64,000 bases of DNA from an uncultured Acidobacteriota bacterium. Lineage in GTDB: Bacteria > Acidobacteriota > Thermoanaerobaculia > Multivoradales > SZUA-115. The notes under the pieces are model-generated. The model made no database searches. It had not been told where the DNA came from and saw nothing but the letters and a program-made list of their open reading frames with translations. The translations under genes were made by a program, and so were the position numbers. Positions 42,035 through 50,253 of this stretch are shown here, piece by piece. The stretch's first letter is position 1. Each line of letters opens with the position of its first letter. The stretch lies in the NCBI GenBank assembly GCA_963805975.1, contig CAWDVR010000002.1:480001-544000 (forward strand), written 5' to 3'.

Positions 42035-42292
42035 CTACTCGGCAGGATGGACGTGGACGAACCTGCCCTTGCGGCCACGGTCCTGGAACTGGACCTTGCC
42101 GGTGATCTTGGCGAAGAGGGTGTCGTCCTTGCCACGGCCGACGTTGGTGCCGGGGAAGAACTGGGTGCCGCGCTGGCGCACGATGATGCTGCCGCCGGAA
42201 ACCAGCTCGCCGCCGAAACGCTTCACTCCGAGGTACTGCGGGTTCGAGTCGCGGCCGTTCCGGGTCGAACCCTGGCCTTTTTTGTGTGCCAT
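42035..42292 (-). CDS. rpmA: 50S ribosomal protein L27
   Basis: [29 protein letters not shown]. Confidence 0.98.
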   Translation of the reverse strand: MAHKKGQGSTRNGRDSNPQYLGVKRFGGELVSGGSIIVRQRGTQFFPGTNVGRGKDDTLFAKITGKVQFQDRGRKGRFVHVHPAE

Positions 42293-42328
42293 CGTGCTTC
42301 TCCTTGCCGATCCGGGGGTCGATCCGGG

Positions 42329-42643
42329 CTAGCCGGCGATCTCGTCGATGCGGATGCGGTGCAGATCCTGCCGGTGACCGTTGGTGCGGCGATACTGCTT
42401 GCGCCGCTTCTTCTTGAAGACGCGGATCTTGGCGCCGCGGACCTCGGCGACGAGCGTGGCCTTGACCAGCGCGCCGTCGAGGGCAGGGCTCCCGACCTTC
42501 ATGTCGTCGCCGCCGCCGACCATCAGCACACGATCGAACTGGATGGCACCGCCGTCGCCGACGCTGGCGACGCGCTCGACGTCGAGGACCTCACCCGGCT
42601 CGACACGGTACTGTTTGCCGCCGGTCTCGATGATTGCGTACAT
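42329..42643 (-). CDS. rplU: 50S ribosomal protein L21
   Basis: MYAIIETGGKQYRV, FKKKRRK, GHRQ. Confidence 0.97.
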   Translation of the reverse strand: MYAIIETGGKQYRVEPGEVLDVERVASVGDGGAIQFDRVLMVGGGDDMKVGSPALDGALVKATLVAEVRGAKIRVFKKKRRKQYRRTNGHRQDLHRIRIDEIAG

Positions 42644-42703
42644 ACCTTGAATGCTCCTGGGGCGATCTCTGGGAAACTGGTGGGCCCGCACGCGGGACGG
42701 GGG

Positions 42704-42733
42704 AAAGTAGCACGAACCTCCGGCAAGGGTCAA
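42704..42733 (-). promoter_or_regulatory. sigma70 promoter of the rplU operon
   Basis: TTGACC-18 bp-TACTTT with an extended TG. Confidence 0.6.
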
Positions 42734-42797
42734 CCTCCACGGGAGACCGTTCACGGGATACCCCTGGGCCTCGAAAGGGCGTATTCTTGCGAGCGAC

Positions 42798-43028
42798 ATG
42801 TCCGTGCCGGACTACATGGTCTGCCTCAATTGCGAGACTCCCTGCTACGTCTTCGAGTGGAACGACGCCGGCAAGGTGACCGAGGTTCTCTGCCAGGTCT
42901 GTGGCAACGACGAGCTGGACGAGTTCTCCACCCCGGAAGAGTTCGAAGAGCTGACGGCGGACGACCGCTGGGGCCGGCGATCGGTCCAGGACCCCAAGCT
43001 GGGTCCTGTCAGGACGGGCCCTCACTAG
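42798..43028 (+). CDS. Small zinc-ribbon protein
   Basis: CLNC...CQVC pairs, acidic tail, host-like codons. Confidence 0.75.
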   Translation: MSVPDYMVCLNCETPCYVFEWNDAGKVTEVLCQVCGNDELDEFSTPEEFEELTADDRWGRRSVQDPKLGPVRTGPH

Positions 43029-43064
43029 CGGAGCCGCCAGAAAGCTACCCAGGAAACCACAGCC

Positions 43065-43949
43065 ATGAGCCACTCATCAGCGCGCCGTTTCGCGACCATC
43101 CTCACCGGCGGTCTCTTCTCGCTGGCGCTCGCCACCCCCGCCGCCGCCGACCGCGTGCTGCTGGTCAACGGTGAGGCGTTCGAGGACGTGCTGGTGGTGG
43201 AGACCGGCACCCAGGTGCGGATCCGGCTCGAGGGCGGCGAGATGCGGCTGGCCAAATCGCAGGTCCGCGAGATCGAGAAAACCAGCTCGCCCTATCCCAC
43301 CTACCTTTCCCGCCGCGCCGAGCTCGAGGCCTCCGCCGAGACCCAAGCCGGCGACTGGCTCGAGCTCGCCCGCTGGGCGCTCGCCCGCGACCTCCGGCAC
43401 AGCGGCCGGCTGGCGGCTCTCGAGGCCGCACGTCTGGACCCTCATACGAGCGGCCTCGAGCCCGTGCTCAAGGGTTTCGGCCTGGTGCTCGACCCCGAGA
43501 CCGAGACCTGGATGCCGCTCGGCCAGCACATGGCCCGCCGCGGCCTGGTGCACCACGACGGCCATTGGATGCGGCGCGAGGAGCGCGACGCCAGCCTCGC
43601 CGCCCGCGCCGCGGAGATCGAGGCGCGCCGCAGGGCCCTGGACGACGAGCGCCGCACGCGAGCCCTGGAGCAGGTGGCCGCGACCTCGGCCCGCCGGCAG
43701 GCCGCGGACACCACCGTGGTGGTGGTGCCGATGATGGCCTCGATCCCCGCCCCGTTTCTCGTCCTGCCCTCGTGGCCGGCGATCCCCGGCCAGCCACCGG
43801 TACCGGGGCCGGAAGTCGTCGTGGGCCCGCCCGCCGGCGGACCCACGCTCGACATCTTCGAGCGCCAGCCCGGCAGCCTGATCCCCGCCACGGGAAACCT
43901 GAACGCTCCGCCGCGAGCGGCAGGCCGCGGTCCCGGCTCCGGGCGCTAG
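43065..43949 (+). CDS. Hypothetical exported protein
   Basis: Signal peptide ending AAA-DRVLLVNG, helical middle, Pro-rich tail. Confidence 0.7.
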   Translation: MSHSSARRFATILTGGLFSLALATPAAADRVLLVNGEAFEDVLVVETGTQVRIRLEGGEMRLAKSQVREIEKTSSPYPTYLSRRAELEASAETQAGDWLELARWALARDLRHSGRLAALEAARLDPHTSGLEPVLKGFGLVLDPETETWMPLGQHMARRGLVHHDGHWMRREERDASLAARAAEIEARRRALDDERRTRALEQVAATSARRQAADTTVVVVPMMASIPAPFLVLPSWPAIPGQPPVPGPEVVVGPPAGGPTLDIFERQPGSLIPATGNLNAPPRAAGRGPGSGR

Positions 43950-44049
43950 CAGCCGGTGCCCGGCCGCTCGCGGCCGTTGCCCGCTGCTAGGCATCCCCGC
44001 CCCATCACGAGAGGATAGAGAGCCATGCCGCGCCGAGGACTCGACCGTC

Positions 44050-45252
44050 GTGGTCACCGGGCTGGGGGCCGTCTCCGCGGTAGGCACCGACCGTGAGAGC
44101 TTCTGGCAGGGCCTGGTCGAGGGCCGGAGCGGCATCCGGGCCCTGGCTCTTTTCGATCCTGCCCAGTACCGCACTCAGACCGCGGCCTGGATCGACGAGG
44201 CCGAGCTCGATCTTTCCTTCCTCTCGCCGCGTGACCGGCGCACCACCTCGCGGGCGGACCGCTTCGGCCTGCTCGCCGCCCGTCAGGCGGTCGAGGACAG
44301 CGGGATCGACCTCTCCGAGCTGCCGCCGCAGCGCATTGCCGTGGTGCTCGGCGCCGGGGCCTGCGGACTCTTCGAGGCCGAGAGCTGGTTCGAGCGCCGC
44401 CTGCTCCAGGGGCGGCCGGGGCGGCCGGCCCAGATCATCGCCCACGGCCCGGACCTCTTGACCAACCGCATCGCCTCCTACTTCGGCGCCGGCGGCATCC
44501 GCTCGACCGTCACCACCGCCTGCTCCAGCTCCACGATCTCGGTCGGCCAGGCCGCAGACCTGCTCCGCGCGGGCCTCGCGGACGTGGTGCTGACCGGCGG
44601 CAGCGACTCGCTCGCCCGTCTGACCTACGGCGGGTTCAACGCGCTCCGCGCCGTGGACCCGGAGCCCTGCCGCCCGTTCGACCGGGAGCGCAACGGCCTG
44701 TCGCTCGGCGAAGGCGCCGGCATCCTGGTGCTGGAGCGCGAGGCCGATGCCCGCGCCCGCGGCGCCCACATCTACTGCCGGGTGGCGGGCTACGGAGTGA
44801 CCGCCGACGCCCACCACATGACGGCGCCGGAACCGACCGGCGAGGCGGCGGCCCGCACTTTGCGCGCCGCGCTCGCCAGCGCCCGGGTCGACGCTTCCGC
44901 CGTGGACTACGTCAACGCCCACGGCACCGCCACGACCCACAACGACAGTGCCGAGGCGGCGGGCCTCCACCGGGTGTTCGGCGAGCGGGCGGCACGGCTG
45001 CCGGTGAGCTCGATCAAGTCCATGATCGGCCACTGCCTGTGCTCGGCTGGCGCGCTCGAGGCGGTGGCCACGGCGCTCACCATCGAGCGCGGCGTGCTGC
45101 CTCCCACGCTGCGCTGGCAGAACCCGGACCCGGAGTGCCCGCTCGACGTGGTGCCCAACGAGGCGCGGGCGATGCCGGTCGCGACCGCGATCTCGAGCTC
45201 TTTCGCCTTCGGCGGCAACTCCGCCTGCCTGGTGCTCCAAGCTTGCGCATGA
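44050..45252 (+). CDS. Beta-ketoacyl-ACP synthase (FabF-like), start uncertain
   Basis: VTGLG, TACSSS, GEGAG, NAHGTAT, GHCL, SFAFGG; complete Cys-His-His triad. Confidence 0.9.
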   Translation: MVTGLGAVSAVGTDRESFWQGLVEGRSGIRALALFDPAQYRTQTAAWIDEAELDLSFLSPRDRRTTSRADRFGLLAARQAVEDSGIDLSELPPQRIAVVLGAGACGLFEAESWFERRLLQGRPGRPAQIIAHGPDLLTNRIASYFGAGGIRSTVTTACSSSTISVGQAADLLRAGLADVVLTGGSDSLARLTYGGFNALRAVDPEPCRPFDRERNGLSLGEGAGILVLEREADARARGAHIYCRVAGYGVTADAHHMTAPEPTGEAAARTLRAALASARVDASAVDYVNAHGTATTHNDSAEAAGLHRVFGERAARLPVSSIKSMIGHCLCSAGALEAVATALTIERGVLPPTLRWQNPDPECPLDVVPNEARAMPVATAISSSFAFGGNSACLVLQACA

Positions 45253-45262
45253 GGCGTCCGCC

Positions 45263-46441
45263 ATGAGGCCGCTCGCCATCACCGGCGTGGGCACGATCTC
45301 GCCGCTCGGCGAAGGCCCGGAGGCCCTGCTCGCCGCCCTCGATGCCGGCCGCTCGGGGCTCACCGAGGCGCCGGCGATCGAGCCCGGTGCGACCGCAGGC
45401 TGGGCCGGCCGCATCGCGAGCTTCGATTCGTCTCCCTACATCACGCCGATGAAGGCCCGGCGGTTGGACCGGGGCAGCCTCTTCGCCGTGGCCGCGGCCC
45501 GCCAGGCGATCGCCGTGGCCGGGCTCGCCGCCGATCCGGCGCTCGCGCAGGATCTGGGCGTCCTCGTCGGCACCTCGAGCGCCGGCTCCGGGCCGGTGAC
45601 GAGCTTTCTCGACGCCCTCTTCCGCCAGTCGCCGGAGGCGGCGCCCCCGTTCGAGTTTCCGAACACGGTGATGAACGCGCCGGCGAGCCACGTGTCGATC
45701 CAGCTCGGCCTCCAGGGGCCGAACGTCACCCTGGCCCACGGCGAGGCCGTGATCGCCACGGCGCTGCTCTACGGCGGACTGATGGTCGGGGACGGTCGCT
45801 GCTCGCGCCTGCTCGCCGGCGCGGTCGACGAGTGGAACCCCTACTACCAGGCCGGTTACGAGCAGTTGGGTGCCCTGCGGCACGCGCCGGCCGGCGGCGG
45901 CGGGAGCCTGCTCACCGAAGGTGCCACCCTGCTGCTGCTCGAGGCCCCCGAAGAAGCCGCCCGGCGTGGCGCCCGCGTTCTCGCCCGCGTGCGGAGCGCG
46001 GCCGTGGCCTCCGCCGCCGGCGAGCCCTACCGCTGGGTGGCGGACGCCGCCGTGCTCTCCGACGTGATCTCCGACGCACTGGACAAGGCCGGCCTCGCGG
46101 CCTCGCAGGTCGGCTCTGTGTTCCTGGCGGCGAACGGCGTCGAGGCGATGGAGGAGGCCGAGGCCGAAGCGCTCGCCCAGGTCTTCGCCGGCGAGACGAC
46201 GCTCGTGGCGAGCGGCGTCAAGGGGGCGCTCGGCGAGCGGGCCGTGGCCGGGGCCACGAGCCTGGCGGTGGCGGCCCTCAGCCGGGGGCGGGGCCTGCTG
46301 CCGCCCTTCGCCGGCAGCGCGCTCGCCCGCTGGCCGGCATCGGTCGAGATCGCCAGCTCTCCGACTCCCCTGCCGCCGGGAGCAACGCTCGTGGTGCTCT
46401 GCGGCGTGGGCGGGAACTACGCGGCGGTGGTGCTGGACTGA
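45263..46441 (+). CDS. Catalytically degenerate ketosynthase (chain-length-factor-like)
   Basis: KS fold (ITGVG, FPNTVMNAPA, EGA, KGALGE) with the catalytic Cys and both His replaced. Confidence 0.8.
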   Translation: MRPLAITGVGTISPLGEGPEALLAALDAGRSGLTEAPAIEPGATAGWAGRIASFDSSPYITPMKARRLDRGSLFAVAAARQAIAVAGLAADPALAQDLGVLVGTSSAGSGPVTSFLDALFRQSPEAAPPFEFPNTVMNAPASHVSIQLGLQGPNVTLAHGEAVIATALLYGGLMVGDGRCSRLLAGAVDEWNPYYQAGYEQLGALRHAPAGGGGSLLTEGATLLLLEAPEEAARRGARVLARVRSAAVASAAGEPYRWVADAAVLSDVISDALDKAGLAASQVGSVFLAANGVEAMEEAEAEALAQVFAGETTLVASGVKGALGERAVAGATSLAVAALSRGRGLLPPFAGSALARWPASVEIASSPTPLPPGATLVVLCGVGGNYAAVVLD

Positions 46442-46833
46442 GTACGGCACCACGGCGCGCAGATCAGCCAGGGTCGACAGCCTGCCGGCGCGGTCGGCGA
46501 CTGGCCCACGAAAGGCACCTGCGGAGACGAGATATAGGCCTGTCCCGTGCATCCGGCACCGGCGAAAAAGGCGACGATCGCCGGGTACGGCAACCCGTGC
46601 AGCACTCCCTCCTCTGAAACCCGCACCGCGAAGAGCCGGCCGTTGCGCTCGAAGGCCAGGACGGCGCTGGTTTCATTGCTCTCATGGAGATTGTGCACCG
46701 CTCCCACGATCGCGCCGGTAGCGTCCTCGAGGACCAGCGTCTGGACGACTCCGACCGTCGGCTGGGCGCGGGCGAGATCGAATGCTGCCAGGCCGAGCAG
46801 AACGGAGAGACCGACCATCGTCCGGGTTCGCAT
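46417..46833 (-). CDS. Hypothetical exported protein, possibly truncated
   Basis: AGGAGG RBS, signal peptide, FFAGAGCTGQAY motif. The 3' end overlaps the convergent gene. Confidence 0.55.
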   Translation of the reverse strand: MRTRTMVGLSVLLGLAAFDLARAQPTVGVVQTLVLEDATGAIVGAVHNLHESNETSAVLAFERNGRLFAVRVSEEGVLHGLPYPAIVAFFAGAGCTGQAYISSPQVPFVGQSPTAPAGCRPWLICAPWCRTQSSTTAA

Positions 46834-46848
46834 GCATGCCTCCTGGCC

Positions 46849-47385
46849 TTACGGCCTGAACCTGAGTTGCACCCATCGCGCCACTCCTGGGGCATAGACC
46901 GTGGCCACGAAGAGGTTGTCGTAATCGTCGTCACCGATCGCCTCGATGGCGGGCGCGCCGAGGGCTTCGAGGATGGGGCCCAGGGTGTTGCTGTGCCCGG
47001 CGATGACGACCGTGCCACCCGGGTGACCGAGGATGGCCTGCGCCATGGCGGCGGTGTCCTTCGCCGTGACCACGCCCACCGGCACCGCCAGCCGCGCGGC
47101 GAGCGGCGCCAGGGTGAGCTGCGTGCGCCGGGTGTCCGTGGCATAGAGCGCCGTCGCTCCGCTCTTCTCCAGCAGGTCGGCCAGTCGCGCGGCACGGCGT
47201 TGGCCGGCCTCGGAGAGCGGCGGGTCGTCCTTGGGCTCCGCGGCTTTCTCGGCGTGGCGGACGAGGATCGCCGTGATGGGTTGAAAACCTGGCTCCGGGG
47301 CCGGCGCCTGGGCCACCAGGGCGGTCGCGACCAGCCCCAGGCCGGCGGCCAGCGCAGCGGCTCTTCGTCCCCATCTCTTTCTCAT
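46849..47385 (-). CDS. Exported histidine phosphatase family protein (SixA/PGM-like)
   Basis: Signal peptide, LVRHAEK, RTQLT, GHSNT. Confidence 0.85.
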   Translation of the reverse strand: MRKRWGRRAAALAAGLGLVATALVAQAPAPEPGFQPITAILVRHAEKAAEPKDDPPLSEAGQRRAARLADLLEKSGATALYATDTRRTQLTLAPLAARLAVPVGVVTAKDTAAMAQAILGHPGGTVVIAGHSNTLGPILEALGAPAIEAIGDDDYDNLFVATVYAPGVARWVQLRFRP

Positions 47386-47445
47386 CGTCCCAGTCCTTTC
47401 TGAAGGCTGCTTGCGCCAGAATACCGCGACCTCGAGGAGCGACCG

Positions 47446-49629
47446 ATGACTGAGAAGCCCTGGTTGGCGGCACCGGCCCGGAGCGCCGTGCTGGTCCTGG
47501 CCCTGATCGCCGCACCGCTGGCGGCGGAGCCCCCGTTCACCGTCGACCGGGTGCTGTCGGCCCCATTCCCGGACCAGCTCGTGGCGGCGCCGGCGGGCGG
47601 GGCCGTGGCCTGGGTCGCGAACGACCGCGGCGTGCGCAACGTATGGGTCGCCGAGCCGCCCGCCTACCACGGCCGGCAGCTCACCCACTACGGCTGGGAC
47701 AGCGGCCGGGAGATCGGCGGCCTCCTCTTCACGCGCGACGGCAAGACGCTGGTCTACGAGCGCGATCCCGATCCGGCCGCGGCACCCACCCCCAACCCGC
47801 TGTCGCTCGCTTCCGGCACCGAGCCCGCGATCTGGATCGTGCCCCTCGGCGGCGGCGAGCCGCGGAAGATTGCCGAGGGCTCTTCGGTTCTGATCTCACC
47901 GGCCGGCAAGGAGCTGGTCTTCCTCAAAGACGGCAAGGTCTTCCGCGCGCCGCTCGCCGGCAAAGGCGAGCCGAAGGAGCTCTTCGCGCCGCGGGGCAAC
48001 GTGCGCGACCTCCGCTTCTCGCCGGACGGCGGGCGCCTGGCCTTCACCAGCGGCCGGGACCGCCACAGCTTCGTCGGCGTCTACGACCTGGCGGCGGGGG
48101 CCCTCCACTGGTTCCAGCCGGGCGTGGACGAGGACGTGGCACCGGTATGGTCGCCGGACGGCACGGAAGTGGCCTTCCTACGCTTGGCAGCGGTCGCCGA
48201 GGACATCCCTTTCTTCAACCAGCGCGAGGGTCAACCGTGGTCCATCCGTGTCGCCCACTGGGCCACGGGCGAGGTGCGGGAGGTGTTCCGCGCGGAGCGT
48301 GGCCGGGGCAGCGTGTACCGCGGCATCGCCGTGGCCGACCAGCTCCTGTGGATGGCCGACGGGCGCATCGCCTTCCCGTGGGAGAAGCTGGGCTGGACCC
48401 AGCTCTGGGCCGTGCCGGCGCGCGGTGGAGCCGCCGTACCGCTGACGCCGGGAGAGCACGAGGTCGAGGCGGCGGTGCTCTCCCCCGATCGCTCGACCGT
48501 CTTCTTCACTTCGAACCTCCGGGACGTGGACCGCCGCCACCTGTGGAAGATCGAGGCCGGGAGCACCACGCCGGTTCAGATGACCCACGGCAACGGCATC
48601 GAGTGGTCGCCGGTGCCCACCGGCGACGGCAAGGCGCTCGCCCTCCTGCGCTCGGACGCCCGCCTGCCCGCGCGCCCGGCGATCCTCGCGGGAGGCGAGC
48701 CGCTTCGGGATCTGACGGCCGGTCCGCCCGCGGGCTTCCCGGCCGCAGCGCTGGTCGAGCCACGACAGGTGGTCCTCAGCGCCACGGACGGGCTGCCGAT
48801 CCATGCACAGCTCTTCCTGCCCGCCGATCTCCAGCCCGGCGAGCGGCGGCCAGCGGTGGCCTTCTTCCACGGTGGCTCGCGGCGCCAGATGCTCCTCGGC
48901 TGGCACTACATGCTCTATTACCACCACGCGTACGCCTTCAATCAGCTCCTCGCCAGCCGCGGCTACGTGGTGCTCTCGGTCAACTACCGGAGCGGCATCG
49001 GCTACGGCCTGGAGTTCCGCGAGGCCGAGCGCTACGGCGCCGGCGGCGGCAGCGAGCTGGCGGACGTGCTCGGCGCCGGGCTCTACCTCGCCGGCCGCGC
49101 GGACGTCGATCCGAAACGGATCGGTCTCTGGGGCGGCTCCTACGGCGGCTACCTGACGGCCATGGGTCTCGCCCACGCGTCCCATCTCTTCGCCGCGGGG
49201 GTGGACGTCCACGGCGTACACGACTGGAACGTCGCCATCAAGAACTTCGCGCCCGCCTACGAGCGGCTCGCCAACCCCGACCGCACCCGCCGCGCCTTCG
49301 AGGCCTCGCCCCTCGCGGCCGTCTCCGGCTGGCGCTCGCCCGTGCTCCTGATCCACGGCGACGACGACCGCAACGTCCCCTTCAGCGAGACCGTCGACCT
49401 GGTGGTGGCGCTGCGCAAGCAGGGGGTCGAGACCGAGGAGCTGGTCTTCCCGGACGACCTCCACGACTTCCACCTGCACGCCAACTGGAAGCAGGCGTTC
49501 GAGGCGGCGGCGGGCTTCTTCGAGCGCAAGCTCGGGAGGCCGTGCCTTGAGCAGCGGCTCGGGTTCCGACGTGGTGGTACCATGAAAACGTCATGGCCCT
49601 GGCGATCGAGCGCACATCCTATCGGCTGA
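47446..49629 (+). CDS. S9 family peptidase with PD40 beta-propeller
   Basis: Signal peptide, FSPDG/WSPDG repeats, GGSYGG, HGDDDRNV, His in DDLHDF. Confidence 0.92.
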   Translation: MTEKPWLAAPARSAVLVLALIAAPLAAEPPFTVDRVLSAPFPDQLVAAPAGGAVAWVANDRGVRNVWVAEPPAYHGRQLTHYGWDSGREIGGLLFTRDGKTLVYERDPDPAAAPTPNPLSLASGTEPAIWIVPLGGGEPRKIAEGSSVLISPAGKELVFLKDGKVFRAPLAGKGEPKELFAPRGNVRDLRFSPDGGRLAFTSGRDRHSFVGVYDLAAGALHWFQPGVDEDVAPVWSPDGTEVAFLRLAAVAEDIPFFNQREGQPWSIRVAHWATGEVREVFRAERGRGSVYRGIAVADQLLWMADGRIAFPWEKLGWTQLWAVPARGGAAVPLTPGEHEVEAAVLSPDRSTVFFTSNLRDVDRRHLWKIEAGSTTPVQMTHGNGIEWSPVPTGDGKALALLRSDARLPARPAILAGGEPLRDLTAGPPAGFPAAALVEPRQVVLSATDGLPIHAQLFLPADLQPGERRPAVAFFHGGSRRQMLLGWHYMLYYHHAYAFNQLLASRGYVVLSVNYRSGIGYGLEFREAERYGAGGGSELADVLGAGLYLAGRADVDPKRIGLWGGSYGGYLTAMGLAHASHLFAAGVDVHGVHDWNVAIKNFAPAYERLANPDRTRRAFEASPLAAVSGWRSPVLLIHGDDDRNVPFSETVDLVVALRKQGVETEELVFPDDLHDFHLHANWKQAFEAAAGFFERKLGRPCLEQRLGFRRGGTMKTSWPWRSSAHPIG

Positions 49630-50162
49630 GCTACGACGACTGGCTCGACCTACCGGAGGATGGGCGCCTCTACGAGATCCTCGACGGAGAGCTCTTCGTG
49701 TCCCCAGCACCCAGCTACCGTCACCAGCGCATCTCGATCAAGCTTCTGGGGTTCTTGATCCCGTTCCTCGCCCGAGAGAACCGTGGCGAGGTCCTCCATG
49801 CTCCCTTGGGCGTCAAGCTCTCGGACTTCGACGTCCCGGAGCCCGATCTTCTCGTCGTCCTCGCTGCCCACCGCTCTCGCATCTCCGAGAATGGGGTTCA
49901 GGGCCCTCCGGACTTGGTGGTGGAGATTCTTTCTCCGGGGACCGCGGGCCTCGACCTGGGGGTCAAGCGCCAGCTCTACGAGCGGTTCGGCGTTCCGGAG
50001 TACTGGATCGTGGACCCGCGGGCCGAACAGGTCGAGGTACTCACGCTCCGGACCGGTCAGTACAGAGCGTTCGGCCTCTTCCAACGCACCGAGGCCCTGC
50101 GCTCGCCACTGCTCTCGGGTCTCGAGATCCCCCTCGCCGAGATCTTCGGCGATTCCTTCTGA
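49593..50162 (+). CDS. Uma2 family endonuclease
   Basis: YEILDGEL, EPDL, PDLVVEILSP, KRQLY..GVPEYWIVDP. Confidence 0.92.
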   Translation: MALAIERTSYRLSYDDWLDLPEDGRLYEILDGELFVSPAPSYRHQRISIKLLGFLIPFLARENRGEVLHAPLGVKLSDFDVPEPDLLVVLAAHRSRISENGVQGPPDLVVEILSPGTAGLDLGVKRQLYERFGVPEYWIVDPRAEQVEVLTLRTGQYRAFGLFQRTEALRSPLLSGLEIPLAEIFGDSF

Positions 50163-50253
50163 GGTTCTTCCCGGTTCCGCCGCGGCCCACCTTGCCGGCC
50201 GGGGCCGGGCCGGGTAGATTCGCCGGCGTTCCCAAGCCCGCGGAGGGTGGCCG

